A stretch of DNA of 64,000 bases from an uncultured archaeon (lineage in GTDB: Archaea; Thermoproteota; Nitrososphaeria; Nitrososphaerales; Gagatemarchaeaceae). Within the stretch, counting starts at the first letter, position 1; every line of letters begins with the position of its first letter. Below the pieces are notes generated by a model that worked only from the letters and a program-made list of their open reading frames with translations, searched no databases and was not told where the DNA came from. Positions 20,621 to 30,210 of this stretch are shown one piece after another. Where the stretch lies: contig CAWCYD010000003.1 in assembly GCA_963799775.1 (NCBI GenBank), forward strand, positions 800,001 to 864,000, read 5' to 3'. Position numbers and translations under genes: made by a program.

Positions 20621-21741
20621 CTGGAGATGTTGAGAACAGCGACTGTATCCCGTTCCCACCATCTTCTGCATGTCGGGCACCACAACTGGCGATAGTGCTC
20701 AAGATCGTCTCGGACGGCCTCTTGGAGTCTCTCCCCGCATCGAGGACAATCCATTGTAGTGCGCCTCGTTTCTCTCTTTGATAGCGTGACTACGGGAACC
20801 TCTTCCCATGCTGCCTTGTACTCTACTTGCCTCTTCACTTCGCGGAAGGGCCATGAATTCATTCTTGCTCTGAACTTCTTTCCTTGGCCGTTTCCTTTAC
20901 GATAGAGGCTGCGAATGCCACTGATTTCTTCGAAGACTATGGCTTCGTGGTTTGCCTTGGCATCGACTACGATCTCCTTCGTGACTGCATGAATGATTTG
21001 CCTTATTCTCTGAGTCTGTCTCTTGCCATATTTTGATGCAATTTGTCGTCGAATTCTCGAGTCATTCCGCTTAAATGATGCCACGATATTTCGGGTCGTC
21101 TCGGCGATCTCAACAGCTCTTGTGACGTCGAAGTAGGTTACCTTCTTACTATTTCCAGCAGTAACGTTGCGAACATTTCTGTCAATTCCCACGAAATCAG
21201 TGATGCCTGAATTTGTCTTGACCTCTTTCGAGTAGGAGATAGAAACAGACGTTAGCGTCAACGTGAAGGATCTAATCTTCACGGTTGGGTCTGATAATAT
21301 GATGTTCTGAGTATGGGGGCTCAGAGGAATATACTCAGAACGCCCTGCCGCCAGCGGAACTCTGAGCTTGCCGTCCTGAATCTTCAAGCTGTAACACGAG
21401 ATGATGAATGGCTTTGATACGTAAGGAATCTTGGTTCGCATTCCTCTCTTGATCGATTTTCGTCGAGCCGAGAGTATTCCTGAGGCTTTTGTTATCGCAG
21501 TCAGCCGATACTGCGAATAGAACATATACCTACTCAGACGAGGGTAGCAAAGGAACGACAGCCTCTTCCTGGAAGCCGCTAGACCACTCTCGGTCTCGAA
21601 CTTCAGTGCTTCCCGGATGCACTCGTTAACCATTCGGCGAAAGTCCTCGAGAAGAGCGAGCATACTCGAGGTCGGGACGTAGTTTTGCTTGACTGCCTTG
21701 AAGGCTCGCACATCATCACAGATGGTGCCACTATTTCAGCG
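20470..21741 (-). mobile_element. Transposase-less TnpB element A (Cas12f-like clade)
   Basis: Left motif ATGGG|CGCTGAAATAG 30 bp before ATG; right end ...hairpin-AGAAC(C) shared with the copies at 30 kb and 45 kb. Confidence 0.75.
20473..21711 (-). CDS. tnpB: RNA-guided endonuclease TnpB
   Basis: RuvC GIDRN / IVFEE / RDTVAVLNI intact; CPRC..CPTC zinc finger. Confidence 0.92.
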   Translation of the reverse strand: MRAFKAVKQNYVPTSSMLALLEDFRRMVNECIREALKFETESGLAASRKRLSFLCYPRLSRYMFYSQYRLTAITKASGILSARRKSIKRGMRTKIPYVSKPFIISCYSLKIQDGKLRVPLAAGRSEYIPLSPHTQNIILSDPTVKIRSFTLTLTSVSISYSKEVKTNSGITDFVGIDRNVRNVTAGNSKKVTYFDVTRAVEIAETTRNIVASFKRNDSRIRRQIASKYGKRQTQRIRQIIHAVTKEIVVDAKANHEAIVFEEISGIRSLYRKGNGQGKKFRARMNSWPFREVKRQVEYKAAWEEVPVVTLSKRETRRTTMDCPRCGERLQEAVRDDLEHYRQLWCPTCRRWWERDTVAVLNISRRGRLRFDSSQQKEGEAREAMKGTAEYVGEPLILRVDASKLHHAGRSMQ

Positions 21742-21816
21742 CCCATGAGCCGAAGCAGGGACAGACCAGAAGCATAAATAGTAATCCAGCACACGCGAAC
21801 TCGTAGACGCTTCCCA

Positions 21817-22404
21817 ATGAAGAAATCGGAAGGCGTTGTCGGAAGAGGAGACGCCGGCGCCAATCAGAAAGAACCAGCACCTTCACCTGTCGCCGAGTCG
21901 TTCGGGACAGGCTTGCCCATGGGTTCGCTCAATGGGATAGTCGTGGTGCCGCTTTCCAAGGCGGTCAGGTTGTTGCTGCCTCCTCTGTTCGTCTCCTCCC
22001 TCCCAAGGAAGGCGATAGGGTTCTCGTTTCCCAGAGGGGCGGAGGGGAAGCTCCTCGGTAGCGCGCTCCTTGCTGGGACCATCGCGCTCTCCTATCTGAT
22101 GGACAAGGCGTTTGGGATCTTCGCGGGTGTCGGCATCGTCTGGCTCATGGGAGTGACCTCCCTTGTGATCCTATACAACTCGAGCGGACAAGGCGTCGCG
22201 TTCGTGAAGCAGATGTGCTCGACCTGCAGGCTCCGCCCGATAATAGAGGAGCACGAGATGATGCACCTCAACGGCGAGCCTTCGGAGGAGGCCGTGTGGA
22301 GGGAGGCCAGGAAGAAGTACTCCTACGACAGCCTGGGGCTTGGGACTGACCCCAAGATACACACCTTCTGTCCGATCGCTAAAAGGTTGAAAGAGACCCC
22401 ATAG
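21817..22404 (+). CDS. Hypothetical membrane protein with CxxC/His/Cys cluster
   Basis: Two TM helices, then CSTCRL..EEHEMMH...HTFC. Confidence 0.6.
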   Translation: MKKSEGVVGRGDAGANQKEPAPSPVAESFGTGLPMGSLNGIVVVPLSKAVRLLLPPLFVSSLPRKAIGFSFPRGAEGKLLGSALLAGTIALSYLMDKAFGIFAGVGIVWLMGVTSLVILYNSSGQGVAFVKQMCSTCRLRPIIEEHEMMHLNGEPSEEAVWREARKKYSYDSLGLGTDPKIHTFCPIAKRLKETP

Positions 22405-22425
22405 CGCGAAGGGCGACTCTCGGCA

Positions 22426-24249
22426 ATGGTTCACAGGGTAGCTGGGCTAGACGACAATCTTTGTCACTCCGACAAGTGCGGCCTAGAGTGCATCAAGAAC
22501 TGCCCGGTGAACATCAACGGGGACGAGTGCATCATCCTCGGGGAGGAGAAGCTCGCGGTCATCTCCGAACAGCTCTGCATCGGGTGCGGCATCTGCGTCA
22601 AGGTCTGTCCTTTCGACGCGATCACTATACTCAACCTGAGCGAGGAGCTCCAGGAGGAGAAGATCCACCAGTACGGCATCAACACTTTCAGGCTCTATCG
22701 CCTCCCCACCCCCCGAAGGGGGCAGGTCGTCGGGCTCGTCGGGAGGAACGGGACAGGCAAGTCCACGGCCCTCCAGATCCTCTCTGGGCAGCTGGTCCCC
22801 AATCTCGGTGACTACGAGCACCCCGCGAGCTGTGGCCTGCTGCTAAAGTATCTGAGCGGGAAGGAGCTCAAGGAGCACTTCGAGAAGGTCGCGAGAGGAG
22901 AGGTCAAGATCTCCCTCAAGCCACAGGCCGTCTACAAGCTGCCTGAGGTCTGGAAGAAGGACGTCTCCTCGTTGCTCACGAAGATGGACGAGACGGGTGA
23001 CAAGGAGAGAGTCGTAGAGGCGCTCGGCCTCCACGAAGCCCTGGAGAAGAACGTCGGAGAATTGAGCGGAGGCGAGCTCCAGAGGGTCGCGATAGCGGTA
23101 GCGGCCTTGAAGGACGCGGACATGTATCTCTTCGACGAGCCCTCTTCCTTCAACGACGTATACCAGAGGCTCGCGGTCTCGAAGCTCATCCGCTCGATCG
23201 CCGAGAGGAACAAGTACGTGGTCCTCGTCGAGCACGACATCACCTTCCTTGACTACGCAAGCGACTACGTCCAGATACTCCACGGGGAACCCGGCGTCTA
23301 CGGGATCGTCTCCTCGCTCTACCCTTCGAGAAGCGGCATCAACGCGCTCCTGGAGGGGTTCCTGCCCAACGAGAACACCAGGTTCAGGGACAAGAGCGTA
23401 ACCTTCGATGTCACCACGAGCGTCGAGGCCCAGCAGTCGGAGGAGGTTGTCGCCAGATATGGCGAGCTGAGAAAGTCGTTCCCGGGGTTCGAACTGGACG
23501 TCAAGGCGGGAGAGATGACGGCCGGGACCATCTTCGGCGTGATAGGCGCGAACGCGCTCGGCAAGACGACCTTCCTGAAGGTGCTCGCGGGGGAGGAGAA
23601 GCCCGACTCTGGCGGGGTGAGCCTGGGCGTGAGGATCGCCTTGAAGCCGCAGTATCTCAAGGCCGACTACCCGGGGACCGTCCAGGAGTTCATCAACGAG
23701 AAGGTGGGGAAAGGTTTCGACGACACCAACCTCCAGACATACCTCGCCGGGCCCTTGAGGATAGAGAAGCTCTTCGCCCGGGAGGTCTCCGACCTCAGCG
23801 GCGGTGAGCTGCAGAAGCTAGCGATAATCTCGACCTTCGCCGCCGAGGCAGACATGTACGCGCTGGACGAGCCGTCGGCCTTCGTGGACGTGGAGGACAG
23901 GTTCGTGATAGCCAAGGCGATGGGGAGGCTGGTGAAGGCGAGGGGAAAGACCGCCGTGATCATCGACCACGACATCCAGCTCCTGGACCTGATCTCGGAC
24001 AGGATGATCGTCTTCACCGGCGACCCAGGCAGGAAGGGCTCGGCGACGTCGCCGCTGGGCAAGGAGGAGGGGATGAACACGTTCCTCAGCGAGATCGGTC
24101 TCACCTACCGCCGCGACATCAAGAGCCGCAGGCCCAGGGTGAACAAGCCCGACAGCAAGAGGGACAGAGAGCAGAAGGAGACGGGCCAATACTACTACGC
24201 CGCGAGGCAGGGGCAGCCCGAGGGGGAGGAAGAGGAGGCGGAGGCTTGA
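22426..24249 (+). CDS. ABCE1/RLI ribosome recycling ATPase
   Basis: N-terminal Fe-S motifs (C..C...C...CP, CIGCGICVKVCP), two ABC domains, RPRVNK..S..DREQK. Confidence 0.97.
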   Translation: MVHRVAGLDDNLCHSDKCGLECIKNCPVNINGDECIILGEEKLAVISEQLCIGCGICVKVCPFDAITILNLSEELQEEKIHQYGINTFRLYRLPTPRRGQVVGLVGRNGTGKSTALQILSGQLVPNLGDYEHPASCGLLLKYLSGKELKEHFEKVARGEVKISLKPQAVYKLPEVWKKDVSSLLTKMDETGDKERVVEALGLHEALEKNVGELSGGELQRVAIAVAALKDADMYLFDEPSSFNDVYQRLAVSKLIRSIAERNKYVVLVEHDITFLDYASDYVQILHGEPGVYGIVSSLYPSRSGINALLEGFLPNENTRFRDKSVTFDVTTSVEAQQSEEVVARYGELRKSFPGFELDVKAGEMTAGTIFGVIGANALGKTTFLKVLAGEEKPDSGGVSLGVRIALKPQYLKADYPGTVQEFINEKVGKGFDDTNLQTYLAGPLRIEKLFAREVSDLSGGELQKLAIISTFAAEADMYALDEPSAFVDVEDRFVIAKAMGRLVKARGKTAVIIDHDIQLLDLISDRMIVFTGDPGRKGSATSPLGKEEGMNTFLSEIGLTYRRDIKSRRPRVNKPDSKRDREQKETGQYYYAARQGQPEGEEEEAEA

Positions 24250-25052
24250 GGATGAAGCTCTCGAGACAAGACGAGCTCCCAGCCTCCATCGAGAGCGGGA
24301 TAGACGTGATCGGCGACATCGCGATCGTCAAGCTCCGGCCGGAGTCCAACGCTACGGACGCGGAGATATCTGCGGCCATCCTCAAGGAGATGAAGCACGT
24401 GAAGTGCGTCTACGGACAGGAGGGCGGCATCGAGGGGGACTTCCGCCTCAGGAAGCTCCGCCACCTCGGAGGGGAGAAGCGGACCACGACGCTGCACAAG
24501 GAGAACGGGATAAGGCTCCGACTCGACGTCGAGACTTGCTACTTCTCGCCTCGGCTGTCGACGGAGAGGCTCCGCATTGCGCAGAGCGTTACCAATGGCG
24601 AGAGAGTGCTCAACATGTTCGCCGGCGTAGGGCCGTACTCCGTGCTGATAGCAAAGAAGACCAGGGTCTGGAGCTGCGAGCTGAACTCGGCAGCTTTCCG
24701 TTACCACGTCGAGAACAACAGGCTGAACAAGGTGGAGGAACGGGTCACCATGATCGAGGGCGACGCGATGTCGCTCCCTCAGACGCTGGAAGGGGGATCT
24801 CCCTTCGACAGGATCCTGATGCCCCATCCCTCCCAGTCGAACCTCTTCCTTCCCGCTGCCCTCTCACTTGTTGCGCCGGGCGGGGTGATACACTACTACA
24901 GGCACATGACGGGAGAAGACGTGCCTGAGGCGGAGAAGAACCTCAGGGCGGAGATAGAGACCACGGCCCCGGAGGCGTCGGTCAGGTCGATGAGGAAGGT
25001 CCGTCTGATCGGGCCGCGCTACGTCGAGCTCGTCGCTGAGCTAACGGTCTAG
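24246..25052 (+). CDS. Trm5/Taw2-family tRNA methyltransferase
   Basis: DVIGDIAI, HKENG, YFSPRLSTER and NMFAGVGPY. Confidence 0.9.
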   Translation: MRMKLSRQDELPASIESGIDVIGDIAIVKLRPESNATDAEISAAILKEMKHVKCVYGQEGGIEGDFRLRKLRHLGGEKRTTTLHKENGIRLRLDVETCYFSPRLSTERLRIAQSVTNGERVLNMFAGVGPYSVLIAKKTRVWSCELNSAAFRYHVENNRLNKVEERVTMIEGDAMSLPQTLEGGSPFDRILMPHPSQSNLFLPAALSLVAPGGVIHYYRHMTGEDVPEAEKNLRAEIETTAPEASVRSMRKVRLIGPRYVELVAELTV

Positions 25053-26685
25053 AAAGCTAGCTGCTGGCTGTATCTGTAGAGGTGGACTATCACCGAGAAG
25101 GTGATGAAGATCACACCGAGCTCGAAGAGCGCTATCGCGTTGAACCCGTCTGCGACGGCCTGCACTGCGAAGAGGTTCATTATCACCTGGACGGCTATCA
25201 GGAGGAAGATTATCCCCACGAGCCACTCCCTTGAGAGGAACGACAGGTTGCTTGGCTGGAGCGCCCTCCTCACCCTCTCCTTCGCGTTCATGAAGTTGAT
25301 CACGGAGTAAGTCAGGGCGAAGCAGGTCACGGCGAGGATCAGCATCGAGCCGAAGTAGACGGTCGGGTTCACATACAGCCTCTGAAGCGTGCTCAGCGAA
25401 GTGTTGGGGTTGACGTACGCCCCCCAGCTCGTGGTCACGATGGACCTCGCCGATGCTCGTGATGCCGAGCGCGGCGAAGAACGGCCGCTCCTTCCAGCTC
25501 AACTTCTTCGAAGTGTCGACGAAAGGCACGACGGCGAACATCAGTAGCCATAACACCGGGACCAGTCCCGCCATCGTGAACTTGTCAAGTTCGGTCCGCA
25601 GCAGGGCGTAGAGGCTGGTCAGGTACCACTCTGGGATCGTCAACTGGCCGTTTGCCGGGCTATAGGCGGTCCCAAGCTGGACCGGGAACAGTGCCGCGAT
25701 TATGAAGATCCCGCCCATCACTGAGGCGACGATGGGGAGGTCGAAGACAAGGTAGCGCGGGAAGTGGAAGAAGGTGAGCAGTATCATCACCATCGGAAGT
25801 ATGAAGACGTGGGCCGCGAAGAGTCGGAGGATGAAGTCGTTGAAGCCGGCGCCGAAGGTGGCGAGGCGTATCATCGAGCCTGTTACAGGGCCTATAGACG
25901 GAGATGAGTTGGCGAGCGACGCGCCTATCTCGATCGCGAGTCCCGCCCTCTGGTTGAAGATGATGTCGTAGCCGGTGAAGGCCTCGAGGACCGTGATGAG
26001 CCCGAAGAGGACGCCTGTGACCCAGATCACCTCGTTCCTGATCTTGAACCTGCCGCTGAAGTACTGGTAGTAGAGGTGGAGCGCTGCGAGCAGCACCATC
26101 GCGTTGGATGCGGTGTAGTGTATGTCTCTGATGAACCAACCGAACGGCACGTTGTTGGTGATGTTAGAGACGCTCGTGAAGGCGCAGGAGAAGATGCCGC
26201 AACCCGGCAGGGTCGGCTCGTAGTAGATCATTAGGAGGCCGCCCGTGATGCCGAGGAGCAGGAAGACCATGCCGGTCAACACTCCCAGGAAGCCCAGAGG
26301 GCTGACGAACTTCTTGGGGAAGGTGAATTTCAGGCCCAAGAAGACCGTCCTCTCGAAACGGTCGACTATGTAGTTCCAGAGCTTCTCTATCATGTTGGGG
26401 GGCGGCGGAGGGGGCTTCGGCGCGGCAGAGGGAGCCATCGGGGGGCGCGGAGCGGCCATGGGCGGCATCGGTGCCGCGCCCGCAGGCCTGGGGGGCGTGG
26501 GTGCCATCGGGACTCCTGGCCGTGGTGCAGGAGGAAGCGTGCTCGTCGTGCCCGGGGGAATAGGCGGAGGCGGTGCCGCGGGAGGTGCGGTCGCCTGAGA
26601 TCCAGCGGCGGGCACCGAGCCAGGACGAGGAGGGGCCGGGATGGACCTTCTTCTTCTCGTCGGGCTTGCTATCGTCGGATGACAA
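25049..26685 (-). CDS. petB: Cytochrome b (bc complex) with Pro-rich N-terminus; apparent frameshifts ~26610 and ~25445
   Basis: GWFIRDIH..ASN, LHL, W.TG, FTGY, H.FILP and PEWY motifs. Confidence 0.9.
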
Positions 26686-26704
26686 TCTCGAAACTCACCT
26701 TCTC

Positions 26705-27511
26705 CTACTTTGGGTCGTACCCGCCTGTGAACGCGCCGCTCCCCAGGTTCCGGCCGTAGCCGACCACGCCGTTGTGGTCGACGTCCCAGAGCGGGGGCAC
26801 CACTTGCAGGTTGCCCGCCGAGTCCGTCGCGAGGGTGAGCAGTGGGATCGCGTTCGTCGGAGGGGGCTGCTGCGCTGCAGGCCCGATGAGCGCCTTCCCG
26901 ACAGGCTCGTTCCCGGCCCCGTTCTGGCCGAGCCCCACAGAATAACCGCTGCCGTGACAAGGACACTCGTACAGCTCGTGCGTGGGTTGGCCTGCCGTGT
27001 AGCCGTTCTCGCCAGAGTCAGTGGACTGGGTAGCGTTGTAGTTGGGACTGCACCAGAGGTGGACGCAGACCTTGCTGAATGCGACGAAGGCGCTTGCGTT
27101 GGTCTGGTCCCCTCCCAGCTCCTTCGGGAGCCTGATGAGCGCGAACTTTACGAAGGTGTTCGGGTTCTGACCGTCGGTGTTTGGGTCGCCCGAGGAAGGA
27201 TACGTCATCGTCCATGTGCTGTTTGGTGGGAAGAGCGCGACGTTGTTGACGTTGACCGTCTTCCCTGCCGCGTTGCCGTTCGACGAGTTGTTGTCTAGGA
27301 CTATCGTCTCGCTCTTGGTCGCCGTGGTGCTGCCGCTCGAGGACGCGGAGAGGAAGGTGCCGAACGGGACCCAAGGGGCGAGCGCTAACAGGCCGCCGAT
27401 GACCGCGAATAGCGTCAGGAACCTTCGCCTTGACTTTGCGGGCGGAGCCGCTGGGCGAGGGGGCGCCGGCGGCGCGGGAGGCGCAGAGCTGTTCGTGAGT
27501 TTCTCGGACAT
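26705..27511 (-). CDS. Rieske iron-sulfur protein
   Basis: SRRRFL Tat motif; CVHLWC and CPCHGS; upstream of petB. Confidence 0.95.
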   Translation of the reverse strand: MSEKLTNSSAPPAPPAPPRPAAPPAKSRRRFLTLFAVIGGLLALAPWVPFGTFLSASSSGSTTATKSETIVLDNNSSNGNAAGKTVNVNNVALFPPNSTWTMTYPSSGDPNTDGQNPNTFVKFALIRLPKELGGDQTNASAFVAFSKVCVHLWCSPNYNATQSTDSGENGYTAGQPTHELYECPCHGSGYSVGLGQNGAGNEPVGKALIGPAAQQPPPTNAIPLLTLATDSAGNLQVVPPLWDVDHNGVVGYGRNLGSGAFTGGYDPK

Positions 27512-27907
27512 CTCTAGTTCTCCATTTCCGCGCAAAGCGCTAGCGGCGTCTGCCGGCCAGCCGCTGTGCACTCCTCACAGACAGCAACTCTATGCGTCGT
27601 CTGCAATATGGCTGCCGAGTTCAACCACACCTTTACGCCGTTTTTAAGCTTACATCTGTCGACGGCGCGATAACTGAATCTTCAGTTCGTGACTCGCGCG
27701 TGGGCGCCTAGATACGTTCTCCCACGTCCTAAAGGGAAACGCGCTTTGGGGGCCATCCGATTCTGTCGTAGATGCGAGAAGAAGACCAACCATGAGAAAC
27801 TGAAGAAGACTGCATATCAGGGTGGAAGTTGACTCATCCCAAACGCCGACGAGGAGTTAACGGAACAAATCTTATTACCCCTAAATTCGCGACTAGCGCC
27901 ACACGTA

Positions 27908-28783
27908 ATGAGCCAGCCGAAGGGTTCTATCGGCGTAGCAGTCGCAGTCGCCGTGTTGATTGTCATCGCCGTCACCTCTCTTGGATACTATCAGTTCGTC
28001 TACTGCAGCCCTTCGACCTGCAGCACCAGCACCACGAGCACGACGGTTGCGACTTGTGCGCCACCTGCGTGCATCACCATCCAGATGCTCACCGGGGCAG
28101 CGTCCCTCACCACGACCGCGTTTGCGCCTGACTCTGCAAAGTTGGTGATCGGGGTCAACAACACGTTCCAGGTATACAACAACGACTCCCAGTCGGGCGG
28201 AGTCTCTCACACGTTGACGGCCGACGACTGCAAGACTACCACGACTGCCTGCACCTTCGACACCGGGATCATGGCATATGGCGCGTATTCGAAGATATTC
28301 ACGATAACGACGCCCGGCACGTATGCATACTACTGCCAGATCCATCCGACGACGATGGTCGGGACGATAACGGTGGTCGCAGGGAACAACGGCAGGACCG
28401 TCCCTCCGCCCAACCCCTCGACCACGACCGCGAGCGCCTCTACCAGCACCTCAAGCGGCGCGCCGAGCAGCAGCGCCGCGACGCAGGGCGTATCGGTCTC
28501 CATCCCGAGCGGGTCTGGGCTACCGGCGGGGGCCCCAGGATACGCCCCGGACAAGATCACGGTCGTGCTTGGTGTCAACAGCACCGTCACTTGGACCAAC
28601 AACGACTCTGTTCCGCACACCGTGACCTCCCTCAACATGACGGGCGGTTCGCCTGTCTTCGACTCTGGGCCAATGAGCGCGGGAGCCACATTCACCTTCA
28701 ACTTCTCGCAGCCCGGGACTTATCTGTACAAGTGCAACTTCCACGCCTGGATGACAGGGACAGTGGTCGTCAAGTCCGCCTGA
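27908..28783 (+). CDS. Membrane-anchored double cupredoxin (blue copper) protein
   Basis: SHTL...YYCQIHPTTM and PHTV...YKCNFHAWM type-1 Cu ligand sets. Confidence 0.92.
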   Translation: MSQPKGSIGVAVAVAVLIVIAVTSLGYYQFVYCSPSTCSTSTTSTTVATCAPPACITIQMLTGAASLTTTAFAPDSAKLVIGVNNTFQVYNNDSQSGGVSHTLTADDCKTTTTACTFDTGIMAYGAYSKIFTITTPGTYAYYCQIHPTTMVGTITVVAGNNGRTVPPPNPSTTTASASTSTSSGAPSSSAATQGVSVSIPSGSGLPAGAPGYAPDKITVVLGVNSTVTWTNNDSVPHTVTSLNMTGGSPVFDSGPMSAGATFTFNFSQPGTYLYKCNFHAWMTGTVVVKSA

Positions 28784-29339
28784 GGGCCGCGGCCCTGGCT
28801 AGAAGAGCAGCGACCCTGACGGGCTCCGGAACCCCTCCCTGCAAAGTGAATGCGTCAAGGACGGCCTTCGACTCCTCCTCAGTGATGCCCGCGTTCCGGA
28901 CGTAGACGATGTGGCCCGTGTTCAGCGTGACGCGCGTGCGCCCGCCGAGCCTCTGGTATCTCTCGATGCGCGACTCTGGGTCCTTGAAGTGCCGCCGTAT
29001 GGCCTGCTCGATCCCGGAGGATTCCTTGTACGTGAGGCAGACGACCGGGATGTGGGACCGCTCCGCGATCTCGTCGACGTCGACGACGTTGTATCGGCTG
29101 ATTATGCACCCGGAGAGGATGATCAGGTTGATGTCGGCGCGGCGGAGCCGCCGATACATGCGAAGCAGGGAGCTCGTCGCGTCCTCTCCTCCGACCGTCG
29201 CAGACCCGAGGACAAAGCCGTCGATGACGAGGTCGCCCCTCATCACGACCCCCGCGAGCGACGACTTCGCGGCGGAGGGACGGAAGCTCTCAGCAACCCC
29301 GAGCGCCCTGATACCCTTCTTCGCGAGATGGAGCCGCAA
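28770..29339 (-). CDS. DUF99 / endonuclease V-like protein
   Basis: LGVAESF, GVVMRGD..IDG, YNVVD and PEPVRVA. Confidence 0.85.
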   Translation of the reverse strand: MRLHLAKKGIRALGVAESFRPSAAKSSLAGVVMRGDLVIDGFVLGSATVGGEDATSSLLRMYRRLRRADINLIILSGCIISRYNVVDVDEIAERSHIPVVCLTYKESSGIEQAIRRHFKDPESRIERYQRLGGRTRVTLNTGHIVYVRNAGITEEESKAVLDAFTLQGGVPEPVRVAALLARAAALRRT

Positions 29340-29385
29340 CCTTGGTCTCTGTCCTCAGCGGATGGCTCGGTCGACGGTGCTTGAG

Positions 29386-29448
29386 CGAGGCTCAGTCAAA
29401 TGCCTTCTCTTCACAAAGTTGTCGTAACTCTGATACATCATTGCCTCG
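29386..29448 (-). ncRNA. C/D box methylation-guide sRNA, probably targeting 23S rRNA
   Basis: Terminal stem CGAGGC/GCCTCG; C box ATGATGT; C' GTGAAGA; D box CTGA; guides TCAGAGTTAC and AAGGCATTTG; TATA CTTATAAC ~25 bp upstream. Confidence 0.85.
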
Positions 29449-29490
29449 GCCCTTCGAGCGTCCCTCCGGTTATAAGGACGCGCGTGGCGA

Positions 29491-29997
29491 TCAGATGAAG
29501 AGCAGCCCTTCGTCGAAACGCGTGACGTTTGCCAGGAAGTCCTTGAGCACGAAGAGCGGCACGACGGGGACCCCAGCGACAACGCGCACGCCGTTGTCCA
29601 CCATGGTGAGGAGCATCGGTAGGAGGGCCTTGTCCGTGGCGTCGAGCCTCAGCTTGTACTGCCTGGTCCTCTCGGCCTGGGCGAGCGCGAGCTTCTCCAG
29701 CGTCGCGTAGCCCACGCCCCTCCTCCAGTGCTTGCAGTCCACCGACAGCCCCATCGTCTGCGACTCGGCCAGGAGGTCCAGTTGCCTGCGCGGCTTGCGG
29801 AGGAAGACGTTCCTCCTCACAGAGTAGCCGGCGGCGCTAATCGCTTCTGCGCAAAAGTCCTCGAACTCCGACCACGTGAGGCCTCTCGAGACCACCTCGG
29901 CGTCGCGCCCTGCCCTGATCTCCTGCAGCGCGGCCAGGACAGCGCCCGGGCCTCTCGACCTCGGCTCGTGGGAGCTTGAGAATGCCTCAGGCCTCAA
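29491..29997 (-). CDS. PD-(D/E)xK restriction-endonuclease-like (Mrr-cat/NERD-like) protein
   Basis: LTWSEFEDF, RQLDLLAE and VDCKHW. Confidence 0.8.
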   Translation of the reverse strand: MRPEAFSSSHEPRSRGPGAVLAALQEIRAGRDAEVVSRGLTWSEFEDFCAEAISAAGYSVRRNVFLRKPRRQLDLLAESQTMGLSVDCKHWRRGVGYATLEKLALAQAERTRQYKLRLDATDKALLPMLLTMVDNGVRVVAGVPVVPLFVLKDFLANVTRFDEGLLFI

Positions 29998-30016
29998 TGC
30001 AAGTCTCCGGGCTGTA

Positions 30017-30210
30017 CCGCGATTTTAACCCTAGCGGTTCTGTTAGGTTCTCTGGACAAGCATTTCCGCAAATCCATTCGTACCTAACTTCGAGGCATCG
30101 ACTCTGAGGATTACCGGCTCTTCTTGTTGAGAGCTCCATTCTTTCAGCGGGTTCCCCTTCACCGCTTCAACTGCCTCGCCTTGCGAACGGTCGAACCTCA
30201 ACCGCCCCCT
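30017..30210 (-). ncRNA. Putative omegaRNA of TnpB element B
   Basis: Same conserved scaffold blocks as element A. Confidence 0.7.

Noticed and set aside
20460-21806. Empty-site reconstruction of element A as independent proof of boundaries
   Set aside because: It gives an open but unremarkable ~21-aa SurE tail ending at 21806; compatible but not diagnostic.
29355-29582. 75-aa ORF or MMYQSY... leader peptide
   Set aside because: The region is better explained by the C/D box sRNA; the ATGATG is the C box.
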